From an uncultured Acidimicrobiales bacterium (lineage in GTDB: Bacteria > Actinomycetota > Acidimicrobiia > Acidimicrobiales > VFJN01), in the NCBI GenBank assembly GCA_963842395.1, contig CAWJGJ010000002.1:1013426-1077425 (forward strand): DNA of 64,000 bases. Reading direction: 5' to 3'. Position numbers and translations under genes: made by a program. Positions 31,850-42,290 of this stretch are shown here, piece after piece. Position 1 is the first letter of the stretch. Each line of letters starts with the position of its first letter. The notes below the pieces were generated by a model. That model was not told the origin of the DNA, made no database searches, and worked only from the letters and a program-made list of their open reading frames with translations.

Positions 31850-33528
31850 CGACGCTCGACGAACGCCCCCTCGCCGCCGAGGAGCCGCCCGAGCCCGCAC
31901 CGGAGCAGCCCGCCGCCCGGGGCGTGCTGGCGTTCCTCACCACCACCGACCACAAGCGCATCGGCATCTCGTACATGCTGACCGCCTACGCGTTCTACCT
32001 GGTGGGCGGCGCGCTGGCGATGGTGATCCGCACTGAGCTGGCGGAGCCCGGCAGCCAGGTCGTCTCCCAGGGCCGCTACAACGAGATGTTCACCATGCAC
32101 GGGAGCATCATGTTGTTCCTGTTCCTGGGGCCGTTCGCGTTCGGGCTGGCCAACTACTTCGTGCCGCTCCAGGTCGGCGCCAGGGACATGGCGTTCCCCC
32201 GGCTCAACGCCCTGTCGTACTGGTTCTACCTGTTCGGCGGCATCACGATGCTGACCGGGTTCCTCACCGCGGACGGCGCCGCCGACTTCGGCTGGACCGG
32301 GTACACGCCGCTGTCGTCGGTGGTCCGCTCCCCCGGCCTGGGCGGCGACCTGTGGCTGATGGCCGTGGTGCTCACCGGCCTGTCCGGCGTCTTCACGGGG
32401 GTCAACATCGTCGCCACCGTGGTGTCGATGCGGGCGCCGGGCATGCGGATGTTCCGGATGCCCATCTTCACCTGGAACATGCTGGTGACCAGCGTGCTGG
32501 TGCTGATGGTCTTCCCCGTCATCACCAGCGCGGGCGTGATGCTGTTCGCCGATCGCCAGTTCGGCGCCCACATCTACGACGCCGTCGCCCAGGGCGGCGT
32601 GGTGGGATCGCCGGTGTTGTGGCAGCACCTGTTCTGGTTCTTCGGCCACCCCGAGGTCTACATCCTGGTGCTGCCGTACTTCGGGGTGATCACCGAGATC
32701 CTGCCCGTGTTCTCGCGGCGGCCGGTGTTCGGCTACGCCGGGCTGGTCTTCGCCACCATGGCCATCGCCGCGCTGTCCATGGGCGTGTGGGCCCACCACA
32801 TGTTCGCCACCGGGGCCGTGCTGCTGCCGTTCTTCACCGGGTTCTCGATGCTGATCGCCGTGCCCACCGGGGTGAAGTTCTTCAACTGGATCGGGACCAT
32901 GTGGGGCGGGAGCATCGTGTTCCCCACGCCGATGCTGTTCGCGCTGGGGTTCCTGTTCACCTTCCTGCTCGGCGGGCTGACGGGCGTGATGCTGGCGGCG
33001 GCGCCGATCGACTTCCACGTCACCGACAGCTACTTCGTCGTGGCCCACATGCACTACGTGCTGTTCGGCGGCTCGGTGTTCGCCCTCTACGCCGGCATCT
33101 ACTACTGGTGGCCCAAGGTGACGGGGCGGCTGCTCGACGAGCGCTGGGGCAAGGTGCACTTCTGGATGACGCTGGTGGGCTTCCACCTGACGTTCATGGT
33201 GCAGCACGTGCTGGGGCTGGAGGGCATGCCCCGGCGGGTGGCCGACTACCTCGACAGCGACGGCTTCACCGGCATGAACCAGCTGTCGACGCTGGGCTCG
33301 TTCCTGCTGGGGGCGTCGACGCTGCCGTTCCTGTGGAACGCCGTGCAGACCTGGCGGGGCCGCCTGGGCACCGAGGCGGGCGACAACCCGTGGGAGGGGC
33401 ACACCCTGGAGTGGGCCACCACGTCGCCGCCCCCGGTCGAGAACTTCGCCGGGCCGCTCCCGCCCATCCGCTCGCAGCGCCCGGTGTGGGACCTCGACCA
33501 CGCCGGCGGGCCGGGGAGCGACCATTGA
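31846..33528 (+). CDS. ctaD: Cytochrome c oxidase subunit I
   Basis: [49 protein letters not shown]. Confidence 0.98.
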   Translation: MTTLDERPLAAEEPPEPAPEQPAARGVLAFLTTTDHKRIGISYMLTAYAFYLVGGALAMVIRTELAEPGSQVVSQGRYNEMFTMHGSIMLFLFLGPFAFGLANYFVPLQVGARDMAFPRLNALSYWFYLFGGITMLTGFLTADGAADFGWTGYTPLSSVVRSPGLGGDLWLMAVVLTGLSGVFTGVNIVATVVSMRAPGMRMFRMPIFTWNMLVTSVLVLMVFPVITSAGVMLFADRQFGAHIYDAVAQGGVVGSPVLWQHLFWFFGHPEVYILVLPYFGVITEILPVFSRRPVFGYAGLVFATMAIAALSMGVWAHHMFATGAVLLPFFTGFSMLIAVPTGVKFFNWIGTMWGGSIVFPTPMLFALGFLFTFLLGGLTGVMLAAAPIDFHVTDSYFVVAHMHYVLFGGSVFALYAGIYYWWPKVTGRLLDERWGKVHFWMTLVGFHLTFMVQHVLGLEGMPRRVADYLDSDGFTGMNQLSTLGSFLLGASTLPFLWNAVQTWRGRLGTEAGDNPWEGHTLEWATTSPPPVENFAGPLPPIRSQRPVWDLDHAGGPGSDH

Positions 33529-33941
33529 GCAGCCACGGGGCCCGGCGGCCCACCGCCGACCGGCAGGTGCCGTGGCGCGTGTTCACCTTCATCGGCGCGG
33601 GGATCGCCACGCTGGGCCTCATCTACTGGTCGACCGCCTACGAGGAGGCGGGCGTGGTGATGCTGCTGCTCGCCGCCGTGGTGGCGCTGTGGATCGCCAC
33701 CTACCTGTGGCTGCACCAGCGGACGGTGGCCGGCGAGGCCGACGAGCCCGAGGGTGTGCGGGCAGCGGGGGACGACGAGCACTACCTGCCCCACGCCAGC
33801 GCGTGGCCACTCGCCATCGGGTTGGGCGGGGCGACCGTGGCCAACGGCCTGGTGCTCGGCCTGTGGGTGATCGTGCCCGGAGTGGCCCTGCTGGCCCTGG
33901 GAGTGGGTGGTTTCGTCCGCCAGACCCGCCGGCGGGACTGA
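33525..33941 (+). CDS. ctaF: Cytochrome c oxidase subunit IV (actinobacterial)
   Basis: Small multi-TM protein with YW...YEEAG and PHASAWP; TTGA overlap with ctaD. Confidence 0.82.
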   Translation: MSSHGARRPTADRQVPWRVFTFIGAGIATLGLIYWSTAYEEAGVVMLLLAAVVALWIATYLWLHQRTVAGEADEPEGVRAAGDDEHYLPHASAWPLAIGLGGATVANGLVLGLWVIVPGVALLALGVGGFVRQTRRRD

Positions 33942-34009
33942 GCCTCGGCCCCGGGAATACTTGCGCGTACAATATGTTCTGTAGGGCAGCCCCACTTTGG
34001 AGGTACCCC

Positions 34010-34981
34010 ATGCCCGCCATCACGGTCGACGATCCCCTCACGCTGCCCGCCGTCGCCGAGCCCGACCCCCGGGTCTCGACGGAGCGCCCGGTGCTGTCGG
34101 TCACCACCGCCCCGTCCGGCTTCGAGGGCGAGGGGTTCCCGGTGCGCCGCGCCTTCGCCGGCGTGGCCATGCACCTGCTCGACCCCTTCATCCACATGGA
34201 CCAGATGGGCGAGGTCGACTACGCGCCCGGCGAGCCCAGGGGCACTGCATGGCACCCCCACCGCGGGTTCGAGACCGTCACCTACATGATCGACGGCACG
34301 TTCCAGCACCGCGACTCGGTGGGCGGCGGCGGGCTCATCACCGACGGCGACACCCAGTGGATGACGGCCGGCTCGGGCCTGCTGCACATCGAGCGCCCGC
34401 CGGACGACCTGGTGGCGAGCGGCGGCCTGTTCCACGGCGTGCAGCTGTGGGTGAACCTGCCCGCGGCCGACAAGTTCGTCGACCCCCGCTACCAGGACAT
34501 CCGCGGCGGCGAGGTGAAGCTGCTGCGCTCGCCCGACGGCGGCGCCCTGCTGCGCCTGATCGCCGGCTCACTGGACGGCTACGACGGCCCGGGCGTCACC
34601 CACACCCCCATCACCTACGTGCACGCCACCGTGGCACCCGGCGCCCGGATGCTGGTGCCGTGGTCGCCCGATCACAACGCCCTCGTCTACGTGCTGGCCG
34701 GACGGGGCACGGTGGGCGACGCCAGCGGCGGGCGCCCCGTGCGCACCGGGCAGCTGGCCGTGCTGGGCCAGGGCGACCACCTCGCGGTGTCGGCCGACGC
34801 CGACCAGGACAGCCACACCCCCAACCTGGAGGTGCTGCTGCTGGGCGGGCGGCCCATCGGTGAGCCGGTGGCCCACTACGGCCCGTTCGTCATGAACACC
34901 CGGGCCGAGCTGGCCCAGGCCTTCGACGACTTCCAGGCCGGCCGCATGGGCCACATCCCCGCCGACCACCTGCACACCTGA
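34010..34981 (+). CDS. Pirin family protein
   Basis: EGEGFPVRR, DPFIHMD, HPHRGFETVTY, QWMTAGSG, QLWVNLP, YGPFVMNT. Confidence 0.96.
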   Translation: MPAITVDDPLTLPAVAEPDPRVSTERPVLSVTTAPSGFEGEGFPVRRAFAGVAMHLLDPFIHMDQMGEVDYAPGEPRGTAWHPHRGFETVTYMIDGTFQHRDSVGGGGLITDGDTQWMTAGSGLLHIERPPDDLVASGGLFHGVQLWVNLPAADKFVDPRYQDIRGGEVKLLRSPDGGALLRLIAGSLDGYDGPGVTHTPITYVHATVAPGARMLVPWSPDHNALVYVLAGRGTVGDASGGRPVRTGQLAVLGQGDHLAVSADADQDSHTPNLEVLLLGGRPIGEPVAHYGPFVMNTRAELAQAFDDFQAGRMGHIPADHLHT

Positions 34982-34994
34982 GACTCCACGACGG

Positions 34995-35549
34995 TCACCC
35001 GGCCACCAGGGTCAGGTGGCCCCGGGTGATCGTGCGCGGCACGTCGCGACCCTCGTCGTCGCCCGCACCGACCTCGTCGTCCTCCTCGTCGAGGTCGAGG
35101 TCGAGCGCCGGCTCGCCGGCCGGGCCGGCGGCGCCCGGTCGGGCGTCGTCGGGCAGGGCCGCGCCGCCCCCCGGCCAGGCGGCCGGGTGCCACGCCGGCC
35201 CGGGCGGGTCGTAGCGGACCGGCGCGACCACGTCGGGCAGGCGGGCCCGCCACAGGGCGGTGCGGACGGAGCACCGGCGGAACTGGCCCACGCCCTTGGC
35301 CCGGGGCGTGGCCACGAACTTGTAGGTCTGCCCCGTGGCGTCGACGCACACGGAGCCCCGGTTCTCGTGGTGGTCGTAGATCCAGATGTCGGGCCGGCCC
35401 TGGCGCCTGACCCGCCCGGCCAGGCGGAACTCGTCGAGGTGCACGGGCCAGGGGAAGCGCTCGGCCCGGGCGTGACTGCTCACGAGCATGAGCGGGCGCC
35501 ACCACTCGAGGAGGTGGGGCGCATCGTGGGGCGGGGACCAGAGATCCAT
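34995..35549 (-). CDS. Hypothetical protein
   Basis: Protein-like composition (LEWWRPL, IWIYDHHENR, CVDATGQTYKF), acidic patch and C-terminal RGHLTLV; leaderless-type -10 upstream. Confidence 0.7.
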   Translation of the reverse strand: MDLWSPPHDAPHLLEWWRPLMLVSSHARAERFPWPVHLDEFRLAGRVRRQGRPDIWIYDHHENRGSVCVDATGQTYKFVATPRAKGVGQFRRCSVRTALWRARLPDVVAPVRYDPPGPAWHPAAWPGGGAALPDDARPGAAGPAGEPALDLDLDEEDDEVGAGDDEGRDVPRTITRGHLTLVAG

Positions 35550-35556
35550 GCCCCGA

Positions 35557-35578
35557 ACCGTACGGAGGGGGTATGACA
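35557..35578 (-). promoter_or_regulatory. RecA-NDp/PafBC-like promoter TGTCAT-N10-TACGGT
   Basis: Exactly 10-nt spacer; -10 lies 7 nt before ATG 35549. Confidence 0.55.
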
Positions 35579-35619
35579 GTTTCGGTGGATGCCATCGTCG
35601 GGCCGCCGCGCCGGACAGC

Positions 35620-35668
35620 CTTGACCCGCCGGTCAAGCTGGTGTTGGATGGACTGACTCCGGTGTCAG
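35620..35668. promoter_or_regulatory. Two TGAC-N6-GTCA palindromes (probable TetR-type operators) upstream of the amidohydrolase
   Basis: CTTGACCCGCCGGTCAAG at 35620-35637 and CTGACTCCGGTGTCAG at 35653-35668. Confidence 0.6.
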
Positions 35669-35707
35669 CCGGAGCGCTGGCAGCCATGGAAACAAGGGGA
35701 GCGCGGC

Positions 35708-37424
35708 ATGCACGACCTGGTGATCCGCAACGGACGTGTGATCGACGGGTCGGGCGGTCCGGCGCGCCGCGCCGACATCGCCGTCGACGGCGAGCACATC
35801 ACGATCGTCGGCACGGTCGACGCCCCGGGCGTCCGGGAGATCGACGCCGAGGGCAAGGTGGTCACCCCGGGCTTCGTCGACATCCACACCCACTACGACG
35901 GCCAGGCCACGTGGGACCCGGAGATGACGCCGTCCAGCTGGCACGGCGTCACCACCGTCGTCATGGGCAACTGCGGCGTCGGCTTCGCGCCCGCCGACCC
36001 GTCCAAGCGCGACTGGCTCATCCAGCTCATGGAGGGCGTCGAGGACATCCCCGGCACCGCGCTCGTCGAGGGCATGTCGTGGAACTGGGAGACGTTCCCC
36101 CAGTACCTCGACGAGCTCGACCGCATGGCCCGGGTCATGGACATCGAGCGCGCTCGTGCCCCACGGCGCCGTGCGCGCCTACGTGATGGGCGACCGGGGC
36201 GGGCAGAACGCCGAGGCGACGCCCGACGAGATCGAGGCCATGGCCAAGGTCGTGCGCGAGGCCGTCGAGGCCGGCGCGGTCGGGTTCTCGACCACCCGCA
36301 CGCTGTTGCACCGGGCGAAGGACGGCGAGCTGGCCGCCGGCACCACGGCCAGCGCCGACGAGCTGATCGGCATCGGCATGGCGCTGGGCGAGGCCGGGGC
36401 CGGCGTGTTCGAGCTGGCCAGCGACATGTTCACCCCCGAGTCGGAGTTCGCGTGGATGGCCACCGTGGCCCGCGAGACCGGCCGCCCCGTGACCTTCAAC
36501 TGCCTCCAGGACGACGGCCGGCCCGAGCACTGGCGCCGCCTGATCGAGCTGGCCGACGAGGCGACCGCCGGCGGGGCGCGGATCGTGCCGCAGGTGGCCG
36601 GCCGGCCGGCCTCCGTGCTGTTCGGCTGGAACTCGACGGCCCACCCGTTCATGTTCCACGCGACCTGGCAGGGGATCGCCGGCCTGTCCCCGAGCGAGCG
36701 GATCGAGCGCCTGCGTGACCCCGAGGTGCGCGAGGCCATGCTGGCCGAGAAGATCGAGGCGGGCGGCATCGCGGCCTTCGTCACCTCGGCCTTCCACAAG
36801 CTGTTCCCGCTGGGCGACCCGCCCGAGTACGAGCCGGCGCCCGACCAGAGCGTCCTCGCCATCGCCGAGCGCGAGGGGCGCACGCCGCACGAGGTCACCT
36901 ACGACCTGATGATGGCGGACGACGGCAAGGGCCTGCTGTACATCCCGCTGCTGGGCTACGCCCACGGCGACTTCGACGCCCTGCACGACATGCTGGTCCA
37001 CCCCGGCACCGTGCTGGGCCTCGGCGACGGCGGCGCCCACTGCGGCCTGCTGTGCGACGCCAGCCTGCCCACCTACATGCTGAGCCACTGGGCGCGCGAT
37101 CGCTCACGCGGCGAGCGCCTGGGCCTGGAGCAGGCCGTGCAGATGCAGACCCGGAACACCGCCGCCCTCTACGGGTTCGACGACCGGGGCCTGCTGGCGC
37201 CCGGCTACCTGGCCGACGTCAACGTGATCGACTTCGACGCCCTGGCCATCGACCCGCCCGAGATGGTGTACGACCTGCCGGCCGGCGGCCGGCGCCTCAT
37301 CCAGCGGGCGCGGGGCTACGTGGCCACCGTCAAGCGGGGCGTCGTGGTGCGCGAGAACGACGAGGCCACCGGCGCCCGGCCCGGCCGGCTGCTGCGTGGC
37401 GCCCAGCCGGCACCCGCCGGCTGA
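35708..37424 (+). CDS. N-acyl-D-amino-acid deacylase family amidohydrolase, +1 frameshift near 36146
   Basis: [24 protein letters not shown] in ORF 35708; [36 protein letters not shown] in ORF 36156. Confidence 0.93.
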
Positions 37425-37481
37425 CACACCGGCTGACACGCCGGCTCTCCGGGCGGGGCGGGACGGCGTACCCTCGGCCGG

Positions 37482-39740
37482 GTGGCATCTGGGGACGCGA
37501 CCACACCGCAGCGCAACGCACCGGGCACGACCGCGCCGGCGGGCCCCGACGCGCGGCGCGCCGCTCCCCCGGGTGACGACGACCTCGCCGCCCGCCTGGC
37601 CGACCCGGTGCTGGCGGCGGCCCGGGCCGAGCCGCCCCCGCCGGGCGATCCTCCCGACGTGTGGGGACGGCTGGCCGACGGCGCCCCCGCAGGCGGCCGG
37701 GGCCGCGGCGCGGCCGCGATCGACGACCGGGCCCGCGAGCTGCTGGACCTGCTGACCGTCCACGAGCGGCTGCACCTGCTGGCCGGAGACGACAGCGCCG
37801 GGCGCGGCGCAGGGCCGGGGGGCCGCGACGACGAGCGGGTGCCGATCGTGGCGGGTGAGCTGCCCCGGCTGGGGGTGCCCGGCGTCCGGGCGGCGGCCGG
37901 GCCCCGGGGCGCCGCCGTCGGGGTCGCCACCTGCTTCCCGGTGCCCATGGCCCGGGCGGCCAGCTTCGACCCCGAGCTCGAGGCCCGGGTGGGCGACGCC
38001 GTCGGGGTCGAGTGCCGGGCGCTGGGCGCCAACCTGGTGGTCGGCGTGTGCGCCAACATCCTCCGCCACCCCGCGTGGGGCCGCGCCCAGGACACGTTCG
38101 GCGAGGACCCCCACCTCGTGGGCGAGATGGCGGCCGCCCTCGTGCAGGGCAGCCAGCGCCACGTCATGGCCTGCGTGGGCCATCTCGCCGCGCCGGCCAC
38201 CGAGGACGGCCGCGACACGGTGTCGGTCGCCGTCGACGAGGACGACCTGCGCGACCTGGACCTGCCCGCCCTCCGCCGCTGCGTCGACGCAGGTGCGGCC
38301 GCGGTGATGACGGGCGCGCACCGGCTCAACGGCGTCCCCTGCGGGCACCACGGCCACCTGATCGGCGAGGTGCTCAAGGACGAGTGGGGCTTCGACGGCT
38401 TCGTCGTGGGCGACCTGAGGGCGGGGGCGGGCTCGGCCCACGCCGTGGCCGCGGGCCTCGACCTGGAGATGCCGTTCCACCGGCGGTCCCGCTCGCTGGC
38501 CCGCCAGGTGCGGCGGGGCAAGGTGGCCGGTGCGCGGGTGGACGACGCCGCGCTCCGTGTCCTGCGCCAGCAGGTCCGGTTCGCCGACCAGGCCGCGGGG
38601 GCCGAACCGGGTCGCTACGCGCCCGCACGGGTGGCGGGCGATGCCCACCGGGCGCTCGCCCGCGAGGCGGCCGAACGGTCGATGGTCCTGCTGCGCAACC
38701 AGGCGGTGCGGGGCGCGCTCGGTGGGACCGCCGCGCCCGTCCTGCCCCTCGACCCGGAGCGGGTGACGTCGCTGGCGGTGATCGGCGGGCCCGCGGCCGA
38801 GCCCCTCACCGGCGACCACGGATCGTCTCGGGTGCAGGCGCCGGCGGTGGTGACGCTGCTGGACGGGCTACGGGCGGCCGGCGAGCGGTGGGTCATCAAG
38901 GTCACCCATCACGGGGGCGACGACCTCGACGCCGCCGGACTGGCCGCCGCCGGGGCCGACGTGGCGGTGGTGGTGGCCGGCTTCACGCACCGCGACGAGG
39001 GCGAGAACCGCTCGCGACCCTGGGGCCGCCGGGCGGGCGGCGACCGCCGCTCGCTGTCGCTGCCGCCGCACGACGAGTCGCTGATCCGCACCGTCGCCGC
39101 CGCCAACCCCCGCACGGTCGTCGTGCTCGTGGGCGGGAGCGCCGTCGTCACCGAGTCGTGGCGCGAGCAGGTCGGCGCCCTGCTCGTGGCCTGGTACCCG
39201 GGCATGGAGGGCGGTCACGCGCTGGCGCGGGTGCTGTTCGGCGAGGTCGACCCCGGCGGCCGCCTCCCCGCCACCTGGCCCCGCGGCGCCGAGCAGCTGC
39301 CCCGGTTCGACCCCCGCGCCCGGACCGTGCGCCACGGGCCGCTCCACGGCTACCGGCTGATGGAGGCGACGGGCCGGGACCCCGCCTTCCCCTTCGGCTT
39401 CGGCCTGTCGTACACCACGTTCGAGCACGGGCGGCCGGTGGCGAAGCGCACGTCGGACGGCACGGTCCGGCTGAACGTGCCCGTGGTCAACACCGGCACC
39501 CGGACCGGCGACGAGGTCGTGCAGGTGTACCTCGACGAGGCCCTCGGGTCCGAGCCGCGGCCCCTGCGCACCCTCCGGGGGTTCCGGCGCGTCACGGTGG
39601 CCCCCGGCGCCATGACCAACGTCGTGTTCGAGCTCCCGGCCGAGGTGGTCGCCCCCACCGCCGCGGCACACGGCGGGGCGGTGCGCCTGCACGTGGGCCG
39701 CGACGCCGACCCGACCGGTCACCGCACGGTCGAGATCTGA
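37482..39740 (+). CDS. Glycoside hydrolase family 3 (beta-glucosidase-like), divergent
   Basis: TCFPVPMARAASFD, FGEDPHL, LKDEWGFDGFVVGD, AGLDLEMP, SMVLLRN, AWYPGMEGG, FPFGFGLSYT. Confidence 0.9.
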   Translation: MASGDATTPQRNAPGTTAPAGPDARRAAPPGDDDLAARLADPVLAAARAEPPPPGDPPDVWGRLADGAPAGGRGRGAAAIDDRARELLDLLTVHERLHLLAGDDSAGRGAGPGGRDDERVPIVAGELPRLGVPGVRAAAGPRGAAVGVATCFPVPMARAASFDPELEARVGDAVGVECRALGANLVVGVCANILRHPAWGRAQDTFGEDPHLVGEMAAALVQGSQRHVMACVGHLAAPATEDGRDTVSVAVDEDDLRDLDLPALRRCVDAGAAAVMTGAHRLNGVPCGHHGHLIGEVLKDEWGFDGFVVGDLRAGAGSAHAVAAGLDLEMPFHRRSRSLARQVRRGKVAGARVDDAALRVLRQQVRFADQAAGAEPGRYAPARVAGDAHRALAREAAERSMVLLRNQAVRGALGGTAAPVLPLDPERVTSLAVIGGPAAEPLTGDHGSSRVQAPAVVTLLDGLRAAGERWVIKVTHHGGDDLDAAGLAAAGADVAVVVAGFTHRDEGENRSRPWGRRAGGDRRSLSLPPHDESLIRTVAAANPRTVVVLVGGSAVVTESWREQVGALLVAWYPGMEGGHALARVLFGEVDPGGRLPATWPRGAEQLPRFDPRARTVRHGPLHGYRLMEATGRDPAFPFGFGLSYTTFEHGRPVAKRTSDGTVRLNVPVVNTGTRTGDEVVQVYLDEALGSEPRPLRTLRGFRRVTVAPGAMTNVVFELPAEVVAPTAAAHGGAVRLHVGRDADPTGHRTVEI

Positions 39741-39755
39741 CCGAGGCTTGACCGA

Positions 39756-42290
39756 CTACGAGTCGGGCGAGGCGTCCGCAGGCGTGGCCTCGGCAGGCGT
39801 GGCGTCGGAAGGTGAGGCGTCCGCAGGTGAGGCGTCGGCGGGCGGACCGTCGGCCGCCAGCACGCCGGTGGGCACCGGTCCCACGGCGACGCCGTCCGGG
39901 TGCTGGCCGTTGGTCTTGGGCAGCGGCATCGCCACGGTGTCGTGCGCCTGGTGGGCGTCGACCACCGCGGTGTGGAACAGCTCCATCTGCTCGACGAAGG
40001 TCTCGTCGACGTAGGCGGAGCCGTCGATGAGCGGGCCCGCGGCCCCCTCGATGACCGCCACGACGTCCTCGCCCGCGATGGTCTTGTGGGTCTCGAGGGC
40101 ATGGGCGACGCGCAGGACCTCGGCCCGGTTGTCCCTGAGCAGGGCCTCGGCCCGGTCCAGCAGGTCGGCCAGGTTGGCCTCGATGCGCTCGCCGAGGTTG
40201 CCCTTCAGCAGGTCGCGCTGGTCGTCGTCGTCGCCACCCGGCTTGCCGCCGCCGCCGATGCCGACCCGGTGCGTGACCCCGTGGGAGGCCACCGTGCGGC
40301 CCATGCCCCAGTAGCCCTCCATGAGCGTGGCCACCGTGGTGGCCGACTCGAGGTCGCCGGACACGCCCGACGAGTTGTCGCCCCCGAAGAACAGCCGCTC
40401 GCCCGCCAGCGAGGCGAGCGAGACCATGATGTCGGCCTCGTACTCGCTGCGCCACCGGGTGAACTGGTCCTCGGGCTTGATGCTCGCCACCATGCCCAGG
40501 TACGTGCCGCCCTTCTCGATCGTGGCCAGGTCGATGGAGAGGTGCTTGCGGGTGCGGTACGCGGCCACCGCGTGGCACGCCTCGTGCACGGCGATGGCGT
40601 GCTTCTCGCGCTCGATGTACTCGACGTCCTCGGGCGGGCCGAGCTCCTTGAGGTGCTTGGCGTGGATGACGTCGGTCCACTGGATGGTGTCGCGCCCGTC
40701 GCGGATGGCGTTGATGAGCGCTTCGTTGACCAGGTCCTTGATGGTGGCCCCGGTGGCGTAGGGCGTGATGGTGGCGAGCTTCTCGACCTCTTCGGGCGAG
40801 AGCTCGTGGCTGACCTTGGCCAGGTAGCCCTCGTAGGTGCGCGTGCGGCCCTCCTTGGAGGGGTAGCCGACCTTGTACATGCGGTCGATGCGCCCGGGGC
40901 GCAGCAGCGCCTCGTCCAGCGCCTGGGGCATGTTCGTGGCCATCATCACGAGGATGCGGTACTTGGGCGGCGGCTTCGGCTGCATGCCCAGCAGCTTGCG
41001 GCCGTAGCGGTTGATGATGCCCTTGGGCTTCTTCAGGCCCGAGAGCTCGGAGAGCAGGGCCTGCAGCGTGCCCATGCCCCCGCCGCCCATGCCGGCCATC
41101 ATCACGCCGTCGCGGATGCGCCCGGGCGAGGGGTCGAGCGACGACGGGGCGGCCGAGGCGGCCAGCACGGCGGCCTGCGACTCTGGCGACAGCCAGCGCA
41201 GGTGCTCGCCGGCGTCGGGATGGACCGCGCCCACCTGACCGCCGAGGGGCCCGGGGGCCCCCGAGCCGCGGTTGCCCAGCGAGTCGGCCTCGTCGAAGAA
41301 CACGATGACGCCGCCGTAACGGAGGGCGAGCTTGCGGAGCTTGCGGAACAGCGACTTCACCTTCAGCACGCCCACGCCCATGAACATCTGGATGAACGCG
41401 CCCGGGTCGACGAACACGAACGGGCGGCCGGTCTCGCCGGCCACCGCCTCGGCCATCAGCGTCTTGCCGGTGCCGGGCGGCCCCCACAGGAGGATGCCCG
41501 AGGGCACGTAGCCGCCCTTGTCCTCGATGGCCTCGGGCCGCTCGAGGAACACCATGTTCTCCTTGACCCGGTCGAGCACCGGGTCCTGGCCCCACACGTC
41601 GGAGAACCGGGTCTTGATCTCGTCGGGCATGTAGGTGTCGACGCCGCCCCGCGACAGGAACCAGAACAGGGCGACGAACTGCCCGATCACCATCAGCATC
41701 AGCAGGAGCACCTGCAGGATGGTCGGCAGGAAGGTCCATATCCGGCTGGGCAGCTCCACCAGGGCGGTGGCGGGCGTGACGTCGTAGATGGCGCCCATGA
41801 CGACGCTCACCACGGCCAGCGCCACGACCACCTTGAACGCCCGGGCCGCCCGGTAGCGGTTCCAGTCGTTCAGCTTGCCCACCCGGCGCTCGAACCGCCC
41901 GAACACCTTCTCGGTCCAGAAGCGGTGGTAGCGCGCGGAGCGCTCGGAGATCAGGTAGTGGATCTGTCGGACCAGCTCGATGCCGCCCAGGACGAACAGC
42001 AGGCGCTTGCTGGCCGCCGTCTCGGACAGCGCGTCGCCGAGGGTGTTGAACGGGTTGGGATCGGAGTACTCGGACCAGACGAAGAACCAGAACAGCAGGA
42101 AGATCAGCACCAGGAACTTGACGCGGTCCCACGTCGGCAGCGGCTTGCGGGTGGTGCGCTCCGCGCCCGAGCCGACACCCATCTGGCCCGGCGCGGGCAG
42201 GCCCGTCCGGTCGCCTCCGTCGACGATCGCCACCCCGGTGCCGCCCACGTCGTCGCCGGGATCGTCCTCGGGCGGTGTCGGTGGCGTCAT
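39756..42290 (-). CDS. FtsH-like membrane AAA+ ATPase/M41 zinc protease paralogue
   Basis: Several N-terminal TM helices; GPPGTGKT, FFDEAD, ATNMPQALDEALLRPGRIDR, HEACH, SGDLESAT. Confidence 0.92.
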   Translation of the reverse strand: MTPPTPPEDDPGDDVGGTGVAIVDGGDRTGLPAPGQMGVGSGAERTTRKPLPTWDRVKFLVLIFLLFWFFVWSEYSDPNPFNTLGDALSETAASKRLLFVLGGIELVRQIHYLISERSARYHRFWTEKVFGRFERRVGKLNDWNRYRAARAFKVVVALAVVSVVMGAIYDVTPATALVELPSRIWTFLPTILQVLLLMLMVIGQFVALFWFLSRGGVDTYMPDEIKTRFSDVWGQDPVLDRVKENMVFLERPEAIEDKGGYVPSGILLWGPPGTGKTLMAEAVAGETGRPFVFVDPGAFIQMFMGVGVLKVKSLFRKLRKLALRYGGVIVFFDEADSLGNRGSGAPGPLGGQVGAVHPDAGEHLRWLSPESQAAVLAASAAPSSLDPSPGRIRDGVMMAGMGGGGMGTLQALLSELSGLKKPKGIINRYGRKLLGMQPKPPPKYRILVMMATNMPQALDEALLRPGRIDRMYKVGYPSKEGRTRTYEGYLAKVSHELSPEEVEKLATITPYATGATIKDLVNEALINAIRDGRDTIQWTDVIHAKHLKELGPPEDVEYIEREKHAIAVHEACHAVAAYRTRKHLSIDLATIEKGGTYLGMVASIKPEDQFTRWRSEYEADIMVSLASLAGERLFFGGDNSSGVSGDLESATTVATLMEGYWGMGRTVASHGVTHRVGIGGGGKPGGDDDDQRDLLKGNLGERIEANLADLLDRAEALLRDNRAEVLRVAHALETHKTIAGEDVVAVIEGAAGPLIDGSAYVDETFVEQMELFHTAVVDAHQAHDTVAMPLPKTNGQHPDGVAVGPVPTGVLAADGPPADASPADASPSDATPAEATPADASPDS

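Noticed and set aside
33956-33975. AT-rich TTG-N6-CAA site upstream of pirin as an operator
   Set aside because: Plausible MarR-type site overlapping TACAAT, but too short and imperfect to support alone.
37417-37446. Tandem CCGGCTGACAC copies at the amidohydrolase stop
   Set aside because: About 2.5 copies of a 12-mer; looks like local slippage and forms no coupled ORF.
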